Positions 51,535 to 60,443 of a stretch of 64,000 nucleotides of DNA are shown piece by piece. Each line of letters starts with the position of its first letter. Positions within the stretch are counted from its first letter, which is position 1. Source of the DNA: a virus (Duplodnaviria > Caudoviricetes); the IMG/VR virus record IMGVR_UViG_3300029288_000065, positions 64,001-128,000 of that record. One strand, 5' to 3'. A model generated the notes under the pieces. The model had not been told where the DNA came from. It worked only from the letters and a program-made list of their open reading frames with translations, and made no database searches. Position numbers and translations under genes: made by a program.

Positions 51535-52860
51535 GTGGATATACTATCCAGGCTTAGAAGACTTCGTACAAGTCTTTCTGATATGACCAATGATTGGCGT
51601 TCAACTATGAATATAAAGTCCCCAGAGGAAGTATCCCCAGAAGAAGGTGAGGATGTGGACCTTAGTGACGAAAATTTAACTATGGGTCCTAAAGATATTC
51701 CTGAGGAACCGCCACCAGCTTTTGAAGAACCCACCGAACCTCCAGAAGATGTTGCTGATATTCCAGAAACTCCAGAAGAACCCAAAGATGACGTCGGAGA
51801 TATAGCTTCTGACGAAGAGAAGCCCAAGAAGCGCGTTTGGGAACCTATCACCCCTCCAGACAACGATATGAAGAGCTTAAGCTTTAGGAGTGACAAGGAA
51901 GGTATTTTCCTTGACATGAAGAGAATGGATATAGTTAGTGGTCTTTGGATAGCCAGATTATATAAGGATGGTAAGATTCTGGATTATGGTCAGATAATAA
52001 TTCCTAAAGATATCAGGGACCCCATTACCTATATCATGGAATTGGGTAATGCTATGTTGGATAATAGGTCGATGAGGTATGAGCAGGAGTGGCGAGCTTT
52101 CTATGATTCTAAGCGGAGGGAGAAGGAAGGGTCACAGAAGGCCAAGATTACTCCTGAGGCTGATGAGTTGAAGGCTGGTGAACCTTCTAAGAAGGAGCCA
52201 GAGGCTGAAGTTCCAGAAGTTCCTGAGGCAGGTCCTGAGGTTGGTCCAGCTCCTGGTGGTGATGAAGGATTGGATGATCTCTTCGGCGGTGGTACGCCAG
52301 CTGAGGAGGGTTCTGAAGAAGCTGAGATGGGCGAAGGGTTATTGGATGAACTTCTTGGTAAGGGAGAGATGGAAGGACCTGCTGAGTCAATTGAAATAAA
52401 TGCTGATGTTATTGTTGAGGAGACTGTTGACGTAATATGCGAGACTGATTTTGACGACAAGATTATTACTACTGCTATAGCTGTCTTTCGAGAAGGTGAG
52501 AATGGTAAGGAAGTTCTGTTAGGTCAGCGGAAGTCTGAGCCGGCTGCTGGTCAGTGGGCTATGCCTGGTGGTCATGAGAAGGAAGGCGAGACTCCTGAAG
52601 AGACTGCTCGGAGGGAGCTTCAAGAAGAGACAGGTATTGAGTCTGATAAGCTTACTTTGATTGCTATGCGTCCTGGTGATCAAAATCGCCGAAAAAGAGA
52701 TTATGTTTTTGCTACTGTTGTTGATTCTGATGTTGTTCCGAAGCCAAGTAGTGATTGTGGTGCTTTGAGGTGGGTGCCTGTTACGAAGTTGCCGCCTTTG
52801 GCTTTTCAGGACGATGAGTATATTTTGCAGTCTTTAAAGGAGATGTTTGTCGACAGTTAA
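51535..52860 (+). CDS. Acidic low-complexity protein with C-terminal Nudix hydrolase
   Basis: Nudix box GGHEKEGETPEETARRELQEETG, preceded by WAMP. Confidence 0.85.
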   Translation: MDILSRLRRLRTSLSDMTNDWRSTMNIKSPEEVSPEEGEDVDLSDENLTMGPKDIPEEPPPAFEEPTEPPEDVADIPETPEEPKDDVGDIASDEEKPKKRVWEPITPPDNDMKSLSFRSDKEGIFLDMKRMDIVSGLWIARLYKDGKILDYGQIIIPKDIRDPITYIMELGNAMLDNRSMRYEQEWRAFYDSKRREKEGSQKAKITPEADELKAGEPSKKEPEAEVPEVPEAGPEVGPAPGGDEGLDDLFGGGTPAEEGSEEAEMGEGLLDELLGKGEMEGPAESIEINADVIVEETVDVICETDFDDKIITTAIAVFREGENGKEVLLGQRKSEPAAGQWAMPGGHEKEGETPEETARRELQEETGIESDKLTLIAMRPGDQNRRKRDYVFATVVDSDVVPKPSSDCGALRWVPVTKLPPLAFQDDEYILQSLKEMFVDS

Positions 52861-53077
52861 TTTTCTTACCGGTCAATTTTGTGTAAATCTTCCTAGCAAT
52901 CATATCAACGTCGGCGCTTCCTTCTTCAAATGTAGGTTCTCCTTTCTTACGACTCCAATGCGGAGTTTGTTGTACGCCACCCAGGATATCGAAGGCTTCA
53001 TCTAGCATCCGATGTAATTTGTAACATTCGGCTGCTGAACGTTCACCATTCCCCAGGAAGATCTGTTCTGGTTTCAT
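52781..53077 (-). CDS. Hypothetical protein
   Basis: Fills gap; 3' end overlaps Nudix gene. Confidence 0.4.
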   Translation of the reverse strand: MKPEQIFLGNGERSAAECYKLHRMLDEAFDILGGVQQTPHWSRKKGEPTFEEGSADVDMIARKIYTKLTGKKINCRQTSPLKTAKYTHRPEKPKAATS

Positions 53078-53110
53078 AATCGCTGATATCAGTAGCTTGC
53101 ATGCTTAAAA

Positions 53111-54559
53111 TTATTGGGCGTGGAAAAATCTAATAAACGAACTGTCTATAGTAACTGCAACTCCATGATTTACTGCCCAGAAAGATCCAAACACACCATT
53201 GCATTTGGTCATTGTGAAACCAAAATCCGTTGACCTGTAAAGGTCGTTATTGTAATCTGGTTGAATGTATAGATTTTTACCATCAATTAAAGAATAAGAA
53301 CTTGGAATACTACCCATTTGAGATAGCTTATCAGTAGTCTGCAAATAAAAGACATTTGGATAAAGCCCAGGTGTGAGGTAAGTCTTTATCAATGACATTG
53401 TACTATCAATGCCCAATACCCAGAAAAAACCATCAACAATATTAAGAATTTCAGTCCAAGTGCGTCCAAAATCAAGCGATTGATAAACTTTCTTCCCATC
53501 TGAGGCAAAAGTAAGCAAAGTTGCACCTTGATAAACAACATAATCCCTGGTAAATGCCAAAGAACTTGTCTTCCTCCAAGTTAAGCCAGTATCTTCAGAA
53601 AGCCATACACCGAAATCATTAAAATAAAGGAATTCATTTGGTCGGTACGGTGTCCAAGCGAAACCTGGTGCTCCTTGCCACCACGGTGTTAAACCACTTA
53701 CAACTGCAGTCCAATCAATACCATTTTCAGTTCGATAAATTTTCTCACCGCCAATTAACCCAACACCATCCTGGTTTACAATTGCTCCTTTTGGATACCC
53801 ATCAAATGCAGGTACAATATTATTCCATGTAATACCATTATCATATGATTTATAGACATTTCCAATGGTGGTGTCAAGCATTAGGAAATAACCACCGAAA
53901 TCAACGATATTATATATTGAAACAGTTGGATCAGTAAACACCTCAGTCCAATTCACTCCATCAACTGATCTATAAATTGTCGAACTTATTAAGTTGTAGT
54001 CGACATCCCATAAAATATAAATGCAAAAGTATATGCCACCAACATATTTTACACTAACATCTGGGTTGTCACCTGTAGTATATGGTATATTTAATACTAA
54101 TTCCCAATTCCTACCAACACCATTATCAATTACAACAACACCATCATTTATTTGACTAATCACATCAGTTATAACTTCATTAGTATCAGATTGCTCTGTC
54201 ACATCGGCCAATGCGTTATTTGGCACATAATTATTTGATTCACCTCTATTTCTTTCTATATCAAATATATCAGAGGTTCCATCATTATAAGCAACAGTAC
54301 CATAGAGATGGATTGTGGCATCCAATATACTTTTCCCTGTGTTTATTGGAACGAAATTCCAGACTGCTGGCAGGAGGTGGTTCTGAAAGTCCACTATATC
54401 GGCAAAATTTGATCCAACTAGTTGTGAGAATACATCATCGGTTCCTGTTAGTTTTGCGGTTGTTTGGCTGTCGAAGGATACTTGGAAGGGTTCAGAAGTA
54501 TTGTCTTGGTAAGCTACCATACCAGACAGGTTGAATGTAAAGGACGTTACTGTTTTCAT
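53111..54559 (-). CDS. Asp-box/BNR-repeat beta-propeller protein, probably virion
   Basis: Repeats SVDGVNW, SYDNGITW, TENGIDW, SEDTGLTW, SLDFGRTW, STDFGFT; N-terminal GxVAYxDxT duplication. Confidence 0.75.
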   Translation of the reverse strand: MKTVTSFTFNLSGMVAYQDNTSEPFQVSFDSQTTAKLTGTDDVFSQLVGSNFADIVDFQNHLLPAVWNFVPINTGKSILDATIHLYGTVAYNDGTSDIFDIERNRGESNNYVPNNALADVTEQSDTNEVITDVISQINDGVVVIDNGVGRNWELVLNIPYTTGDNPDVSVKYVGGIYFCIYILWDVDYNLISSTIYRSVDGVNWTEVFTDPTVSIYNIVDFGGYFLMLDTTIGNVYKSYDNGITWNNIVPAFDGYPKGAIVNQDGVGLIGGEKIYRTENGIDWTAVVSGLTPWWQGAPGFAWTPYRPNEFLYFNDFGVWLSEDTGLTWRKTSSLAFTRDYVVYQGATLLTFASDGKKVYQSLDFGRTWTEILNIVDGFFWVLGIDSTMSLIKTYLTPGLYPNVFYLQTTDKLSQMGSIPSSYSLIDGKNLYIQPDYNNDLYRSTDFGFTMTKCNGVFGSFWAVNHGVAVTIDSSFIRFFHAQ

Positions 54560-54591
54560 AATGTATTTTTGATATCCAGTATTTTACTGAC

Positions 54592-55023
54592 ATGGGTCGG
54601 ATTAAAGCTACGAATGTTTTGACCAATTTGACGAAACTGGTTCGTTCTCAGTTTATAAATGATCTTGGTATTGTTTTGCGGGTAAAGTCTCAGCAATATA
54701 CTCATGAGGAGGCTGATAGGCCTTTAATTTTGTATTCTATTTTGGAGAGTAAACCAAAGGAGGAAGTGCCTGAAATTAGGATTGAGAGGAGTCGTGGTTT
54801 TCGTGGGGCTGTTTGGGATTTGCCTGTTTTTAGTAGGGTTTTGTGTGTGTTATATGTGAGAATTTATACTAATAGAGTGAGTATTGGGATTTATAATGAT
54901 GAGTATTCAGTTCCTACGAGCGTTGAGGAGGATACGAGTCGAGTGGTTTGGGAGTTTGCTGATCCGAGTTTTCCGGAGGCATTGACTGTTTGGGTAAAGG
55001 AGAAACTTGATGAGCGGCACTGA
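54592..55023 (+). CDS. Hypothetical protein (WEFADP motif)
   Basis: ORF; motif family member. Confidence 0.55.
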   Translation: MGRIKATNVLTNLTKLVRSQFINDLGIVLRVKSQQYTHEEADRPLILYSILESKPKEEVPEIRIERSRGFRGAVWDLPVFSRVLCVLYVRIYTNRVSIGIYNDEYSVPTSVEEDTSRVVWEFADPSFPEALTVWVKEKLDERH

Positions 55024-55228
55024 GTATGTTATCTATGTTAGGGTTGATTTGGGTTTGAACTATAAGGATACGAAGGAGGCTGTTGGGAATATTTTGGCTA
55101 GTGGGTCTTTGAGTGTTGACAGGAATTTTATGAAGGAGAAGTTTCCGGATATGAAGAGTGGTACTATTCAGATTTTGGATGGGGAAGATTATCCAAAGAT
55201 ATCTGAGTTTGAGATGATTGATTTTTAG
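55007..55228 (+). CDS. Hypothetical protein
   Basis: AAGGAG SD, coupled ORF. Confidence 0.5.
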   Translation: MMSGTEYVIYVRVDLGLNYKDTKEAVGNILASGSLSVDRNFMKEKFPDMKSGTIQILDGEDYPKISEFEMIDF

Positions 55229-55235
55229 ATTGTTT

Positions 55236-55988
55236 TTAGATAGTTTTTAGATAATTGCTGATTTTTTCTATTGCGTCTTCCATTCCTAGACAACAAGTGT
55301 ATGGGTTTCCGGCATGCCATCTATCGAATTTGTCTAGGTATTTTAGGAGGAACATTGGGATTCCTACACTATGGCAGAGGTGTGACATTCCGCTGCATAC
55401 ACCTACAAATAGGTCTGATTTGGCTGCTATTTCTATTTCTTCTTGGAGTGTTTTTCTTCCTCCTAATTTGACTAGTTTGAATTTTTTGAATATTAGTTGG
55501 AATCTTTGGATGTCCGTTGATTGTGGATTTTTTAGATTTCGTTCTGATCGTCCATCAAATTGATAACATATTTGGTGATAGGGTCCTGGTTGCCATTTGG
55601 TTTTGGTTGGGCAATATGGTAAATTATGTCGTTCGCTTACTTTTATTATTCTTTTCCCAGGTATATCTTTATTTTTATTTATGAATATTATTTTCCCTGG
55701 TGAGTCTAGGACTTCATATATGGCTTTTGCTTTATTTCCCCATCTTGAATCGTCGTAATATTTTGGTTGTTTGTCTTGTTCGCTTAATCTTAGGACGTAG
55801 TTGATTGTTCTCCAGTGATTTCCGAGTCCTGGTCCGTTGATTCCTTGATATATTTCTATTCCTGGTGGTGGCATGAATGCTGTTATTGGTATTGGTAATT
55901 TTAGTTCTTGTTTTGATGCTGGACCAATGAATTTTGGTCGTAGTAGTTGTGGTATGAATGTTGTTTTTCGTTGTTCGTACTTGTTCAC
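55236..55988 (-). CDS. GT9-like glycosyltransferase, paralogue of 17613 ORF
   Basis: GPGLGNHW, WQPGPY..ICYQFDG, SDLFVGVCSGMSHLCHSVGIP; start uncertain (GTG 55988 assumed). Confidence 0.7.
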   Translation of the reverse strand: MNKYEQRKTTFIPQLLRPKFIGPASKQELKLPIPITAFMPPPGIEIYQGINGPGLGNHWRTINYVLRLSEQDKQPKYYDDSRWGNKAKAIYEVLDSPGKIIFINKNKDIPGKRIIKVSERHNLPYCPTKTKWQPGPYHQICYQFDGRSERNLKNPQSTDIQRFQLIFKKFKLVKLGGRKTLQEEIEIAAKSDLFVGVCSGMSHLCHSVGIPMFLLKYLDKFDRWHAGNPYTCCLGMEDAIEKISNYLKTI

Positions 55989-56019
55989 AAATATATTTAC
56001 GAGATGGGATGGAGAATTC

Positions 56020-56760
56020 ATGATTGTTTTGATATTAACAGCCGCAGTAAATCCTTCAGTTGGGCGAAGGAGACTTACTGTTAGAGATCCTAATATTAGA
56101 ATGATGGAATATAGAGCATCTCTTTTTAGATGGATTACTGAGACTAAGGTTGATAAATTTATTATTGCTGATGCTTCAAATACTAGTATTATTAATAGTT
56201 ATTTTCATGAATTGGCTAAATTATATAATAAAATTTTACAGGAATTTATATTTGATTTTTCTGATGTTTCAAGGAGATTTGGGAAGGGTAGGTCAGAGGC
56301 GATGTTAACTGATTCGATTATTCCTAATTTATCAAATGGTGATGTTATTTATAAGATTACTGGTAGATTATTTCTTAAAAATTTTAATATACTTATTACA
56401 GATAAATTAGAATCTATTATAGGTTCTGATTTTGATAATAGAAGAACCAAAAGAACTGATACCAGATTTTGGAAGACTACTAAACAATATTATATGGAAA
56501 ATTTAATTAAATTAACTAATAGAATTGATGAGAATAAAGGATGGTGTATTGAAGATGTTTATCAGAAAATTGGTGGGTTTGTTCAACAACCAGTTTTTAT
56601 TGGGAGATCTGGTGCAAGTGGCGATATGTATTCGGGGATGTTGAATATTGATTTGCCGCCTTTGCCAGAGAAGCAGCCAATCAAAAAATCACCTCTATTT
56701 AATTTTAGGGTTGCTTCGAAGCATAATTTGCGGAGTTTTAAGAATTATATTACACATTGA
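56020..56760 (+). CDS. Glycosyltransferase-associated protein
   Basis: ILTA...R..EY..SL..W, GKG.SE, YKITGR, DTRF pattern recalled from polysaccharide loci. Confidence 0.55.
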   Translation: MIVLILTAAVNPSVGRRRLTVRDPNIRMMEYRASLFRWITETKVDKFIIADASNTSIINSYFHELAKLYNKILQEFIFDFSDVSRRFGKGRSEAMLTDSIIPNLSNGDVIYKITGRLFLKNFNILITDKLESIIGSDFDNRRTKRTDTRFWKTTKQYYMENLIKLTNRIDENKGWCIEDVYQKIGGFVQQPVFIGRSGASGDMYSGMLNIDLPPLPEKQPIKKSPLFNFRVASKHNLRSFKNYITH

Positions 56761-56804
56761 CGCGAAAGAACGGTTTGATATTATTTTGGTGAAAGGGGAA
56801 CACA

Positions 56805-57356
56805 ATGAAATTTCTAGCGATTTTTCTGGTTCTTGGTTCAGTTTTTTCTGAGGAAATTCAGCCGAAGACTGTTGGTGAGGCAGAGATGGCCTATAATAGG
56901 GAGTATAATACTGCTAAGGAGCAGTTTGATGCCAGAGTGAAGGTTGCACAAGATAAATTGGTTTTGTTTTTGAAAGATGAGATGAAGAGGTTGACCGTAA
57001 AAGGTGATTTGGATGGTGCTGTAGCGATTCGTGGGAAAATTAAAACTTTCGAAGAACCTGAAAAGCAAGTTGAAAAACCAATTTCTGAACCAATAGATAG
57101 AAGTAGTTGGTTAGTTGGTAAGAAGATTCTCTTTAGACATAAAACAGATATTGTCTTTACATTTAATAATAATAATTTATTTTTAAGAGATAAAGCTGGA
57201 AATCCGTTAGATAAATCAGGAAAATATTTCTTTGATGGGAAAATTTTAGTTATTACTCCTCTATCCAATTCCATTATAAATTTAAATTATGATGCTAAGG
57301 CTAATACATTTAAGACTGCTGATGGTTTTGTGGCATCTTTTATTCAACCAAAATAA
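56805..57356 (+). CDS. Secreted protein with signal peptide
   Basis: MKFLAIFLVLGSVFS signal; helical TxKGDLDGAVAIR segment. Confidence 0.6.
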   Translation: MKFLAIFLVLGSVFSEEIQPKTVGEAEMAYNREYNTAKEQFDARVKVAQDKLVLFLKDEMKRLTVKGDLDGAVAIRGKIKTFEEPEKQVEKPISEPIDRSSWLVGKKILFRHKTDIVFTFNNNNLFLRDKAGNPLDKSGKYFFDGKILVITPLSNSIINLNYDAKANTFKTADGFVASFIQPK

Positions 57357-57389
57357 TTATTAAGATATCTATCTTTGATACTACCAAAC

Positions 57390-57663
57390 ATGATATACTC
57401 ATACATCTGTGACCCAAAAACGACCCCGAAAAACTCCTCAAAGAATTCAAGAATACCACAACTCAGAACTATTCCACCTACCAAACCTAGCAAAATTCCT
57501 TTGCTGGAAAGAAACCAAAGAAACATGGTACCTCCAACTTCGTCACTACCTGGACTTCGCATCAGAACTCATAGACGTCTGGGAACTCCTAAAACTAATA
57601 GAAGTCTTTGAACGCTCAAAAGAAAAAGAAGGATGGATACTGTTTAGGATAAAACGACTATGA
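57390..57663 (+). pseudogene. Frameshifted DP-motif family gene (or sequencing error)
   Basis: Adding one A at 57416-20 and one at 57449-50 gives MIYSYICDPKNDPEKLLKEFKEY...VWELLKLI, matching neighbour MNIDLNNPNCDIEKLLTDF...AWEAVNLV. Confidence 0.5.
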
Positions 57664-58040
57664 ACATAGACCTAAACAACCCAAACTGTGACATAGAAAA
57701 ACTCCTAACAGACTTCACAGCCTACATCATCATAAACTTCCAGTATAAAGACCCATCCACAGGAGGAGCACAATTCAGCGCAAGAATGGTCGGATCATGG
57801 ATAAGAACCAGAACAGATGGACACTTCCATTTCTCCGACATGGGACTATACGGAGACATAGACCCAAGATTTAAAGAAGATGCCATGCGCTTAATAAAAG
57901 CCTGGGAAGCAGTAAACCTTGTAGATGACACAGGAGAAATGACAAATGGATACCGCGTATTCTGTATACCATATAGTTTAGTAATAAAAACAAAATTAGC
58001 AATGGAAAAAGCAATCAAAGAACAGATAAAGCCTGACTAA
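57660..58040 (+). CDS. Small protein of DLxNP family
   Basis: MNIDLNNPNCDIEKL. Confidence 0.6.
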   Translation: MNIDLNNPNCDIEKLLTDFTAYIIINFQYKDPSTGGAQFSARMVGSWIRTRTDGHFHFSDMGLYGDIDPRFKEDAMRLIKAWEAVNLVDDTGEMTNGYRVFCIPYSLVIKTKLAMEKAIKEQIKPD

Positions 58041-58626
58041 TCTCCTCATCAGTAAAAATCTTCTTCTTAGACCAACCATGCAAAAACTTAGACGAAGGAT
58101 TCAAAGAATTCCAATTATAAGCCTTATTATCAACCTCCAACCTCCCACCACCCCACTGAGCAAGAGACCTAGTCAAAGCCGGCTGATCACGCCCACCAAC
58201 AACCAACCACTCACTATGCCAAAGTCCAAATAAATCCCTAACTTTATCTGTAGAAAAAAGTAAAAAACCACTATTATATTGAGGTTTCCCACCAGAAGTT
58301 GGATGCACATCCCTCGTTAAAACCAAATCACCAGAAAAATCCCAAACCTCATCAAAGAGACCAACACACTTAACATCAGAATCCAAAAATAAAGTTCTCT
58401 CATATGGAGTATAATCACACAATTGAGTCTTTAACCACCTTGAAGGATTCTTATCCGTTACTTTTACCTGTTGTATTGTTGCTAGGGTATTCAAATACCC
58501 AGTATCACTCAAATCAGTTAGAACAGTAATTGGTTTGTTGGTAAATTCCCGCAATGAAAGTATACTACATGTACAGTTTATTAAGGCCTCTTCTCCGATT
58601 GCAATTTCAACTATTCCTTGTGTCAT
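58015..58626 (-). CDS. GT8-like glycosyltransferase
   Basis: K...TPYERTLFLDSD, YNSGFL, DQPAL, YN, FLH. Confidence 0.78.
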   Translation of the reverse strand: MTQGIVEIAIGEEALINCTCSILSLREFTNKPITVLTDLSDTGYLNTLATIQQVKVTDKNPSRWLKTQLCDYTPYERTLFLDSDVKCVGLFDEVWDFSGDLVLTRDVHPTSGGKPQYNSGFLLFSTDKVRDLFGLWHSEWLVVGGRDQPALTRSLAQWGGGRLEVDNKAYNWNSLNPSSKFLHGWSKKKIFTDEEISQALSVL

Positions 58627-58636
58627 ATTTTATTTT

Positions 58637-58808
58637 TGGTGCTCCTGGAAGGGTTCGAACCTCCAACCTTCCAATGGGATGAAACCCACCATCTAGTGCT
58701 ACGGATCAGACCCATCACACGAGTCGTCCCTTTAGATGACAGGTCATCACCCACTGGTGCTCCACCGACCCCACTACTGCGATAGTGGAGATTTTGAGCT
58801 ACAGGAGC
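58637..58808 (-). ncRNA. 172-nt tRNA-like RNA with enlarged D-loop and anticodon arm
   Basis: Acceptor GCUCCUG/CAGGAGC + A-CCA; U8A9; D-stem GCUC/GAGC; T-arm GGAGG-UUCGAAC-CCUUC; 33-nt D-loop and 87-nt anticodon arm both fold as hairpins. Confidence 0.8.
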
Positions 58809-58816
58809 AACTCTTT

Positions 58817-59242
58817 TTACTCATCATCGTATACAAGTCTCGGAGGCTTATTCTCCTTGAAATAAGCCCTAACATGTTCCTTTACAACTTCATTAAAACC
58901 ATACTTATTCATAATCTCCTCCAAATTCTCAGACGGCTCATCGCCACCCAAATATGCCTTTTCACCAACACAAATCAAAATATTATCAGCAAACACCTTA
59001 TGATTCCCTCTCACCACGTATGGGGTGGCGTAGAGAGGAGAATCATTACAACACCCACAAGAATGCCTCATTGAGACACCCTCAGCAATCGCGTAAACCT
59101 TCTTACTGGTGAAGTATTGCTTTCTCCACCTGTCAGTTTTTACCTCCATATCTGGAAATTCAATCATCAAGTTCTCGATCTCTGCTACTTCAAGTGCCTT
59201 GCTCTTCAGTTCTGCAAGGTGTTTGTCGATGGACTCTGACAT
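58817..59242 (-). CDS. Phage hypothetical protein
   Basis: AAGGAG SD; DRW...HSCGCCNDSPL motif. Confidence 0.6.
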   Translation of the reverse strand: MSESIDKHLAELKSKALEVAEIENLMIEFPDMEVKTDRWRKQYFTSKKVYAIAEGVSMRHSCGCCNDSPLYATPYVVRGNHKVFADNILICVGEKAYLGGDEPSENLEEIMNKYGFNEVVKEHVRAYFKENKPPRLVYDDE

Positions 59243-59252
59243 GTGTCTCTCC

Positions 59253-59558
59253 TTAGAGAAGCTTTAGTTCTCGGAACCAACCACTATCAACTGACGGGGA
59301 AATTGCCAATGCTGTGTGTGCGTTAATGTCTGGTTCATGGAAAATTGCGTGCTTAATTTCCTTGAACTTTTTCTCCCACGAGAGTAAGTCTTCCTCATCC
59401 TTGACGCCCAGGAGGACCATCGTCTTGTGGTTATTGTTCCAATCCTGTACCTATGGATCAGTTAGGTACCTGGAGAGGAACTCCGCTACAGCATGGCAAG
59501 CCTGTACTGCACGCTGAGAGGGCGAAAGATCCTTACGCACTAGCACATACAACTTCAT
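59253..59558 (-). CDS. Peptidyl-tRNA hydrolase Pth2-family protein with in-frame TAG at codon 36
   Basis: Not in ORF track. MKLYVLVRKDLSPSQRAVQACHAVAEF...TDP*VQDW...KTMVLLGVKDEEDL...FHEPD...TALAISP...LKLL; Pth2 hallmarks on both sides of TAG 59453-59451. Confidence 0.82.
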
Positions 59559-59919
59559 CTCGGAGTCTCCTTTCTTCCTGTATTTCCTTGCCCAGTTCCA
59601 ACCACTTTCTCTCGTATTTCTCGTCTCTGAGTTTCTCCATCAGACCAAATAAACTTCTGTTTGCGTAGGCTATGAGGTATGGGTATTTGTCTGAAATGTG
59701 ACAGGCTCGTTTGTCGTTCTCATTGCGATGGATGTGTAGTGCAATTAACCATTTGGAAGCTTCACGTTTATATCCTACGTAGGTTTTCCAGTTTTTTGAT
59801 TTTGGGTTGATGTGTTCGCCGATTTTGGTTCTAGAGTCTTGTTTTAAATCGGTGATTGCTTTGGCGTTTTTCCGGATGTAGTGCTTAATTACTTCTTCGA
59901 CCGTCAAATTCGTCGTCAT
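59533..59919 (-). CDS. Hypothetical protein
   Basis: ATG 59919 (MTTNL) after AAGGAG. Confidence 0.55.
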   Translation of the reverse strand: MTTNLTVEEVIKHYIRKNAKAITDLKQDSRTKIGEHINPKSKNWKTYVGYKREASKWLIALHIHRNENDKRACHISDKYPYLIAYANRSLFGLMEKLRDEKYERKWLELGKEIQEERRLRDEVVCASA

Positions 59920-59926
59920 CTTAAGT

Positions 59927-59975
59927 CTCCTTAACGGGTTTTGACCGAGGGGGTTGGCCATTACCCGTTAAGGAG
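59927..59975 (-). promoter_or_regulatory. Hairpin pairing with the Shine-Dalgarno of the 59919 gene
   Basis: 13-bp perfect inverted repeat CTCCTTAACGGGT/ACCCGTTAAGGAG with inner TGGCC/GGTCA stem; AAGGAG lies in the 3' arm. Confidence 0.6.
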
Positions 59976-60047
59976 GGTGAAGATCGATGTTTGGTACCTA
60001 ACGCATAACTGTCTCCTAATCTATTTTTATCTACGATTGTCAGTTTG

Positions 60048-60443
60048 TCAATAATCAACGCCTCTCATTTTCAATGTACCAAAATATTTCTCCATCCTCA
60101 AAAATTTCTTCTTTCTATCACTACAAAGGAAGATTAGGCAATCTACAAAGTGTTTCCAGAACGTGTCAGGGTCGAAATTCGGGTCTGCTAGTTCTATTTC
60201 ATAGAACACATAGCTTGGGTAATTTACATTATATTCTTTACTATAAAATATTTTTATGTCGGTATCTGAGATTTCTATAGAAGTTGCTCCGAGGATTCCA
60301 GTATCATAGTCCAGGCAACGTGGTGATTCACTTTTTATTGCAACCCGTCTAAGATCTTGCCCTAAGATTGAATATATTTCTTTCCCTAAGCGCTGGATTG
60401 ATTTTTCTATGGTATGCATGATTTCCAAATGATCTTCGTTCAT
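60048..60443 (-). CDS. Hypothetical protein (ELADPNFDP motif)
   Basis: ORF; motif family member. Confidence 0.55.
   Translation of the reverse strand: MNEDHLEIMHTIEKSIQRLGKEIYSILGQDLRRVAIKSESPRCLDYDTGILGATSIEISDTDIKIFYSKEYNVNYPSYVFYEIELADPNFDPDTFWKHFVDCLIFLCSDRKKKFLRMEKYFGTLKMRGVDY

Noticed and set aside
58637-58808. tmRNA or group I intron-containing tRNA
   Set aside because: Has a true D-stem, no G3-U70 pair, no evident tag ORF; inserts are too short for a group I intron
58736-59074. Plus-strand ORFs over the tRNA-like RNA and Pth2 region (also 59314..59517, 59453..59668)
   Set aside because: Antisense to better-supported minus-strand features
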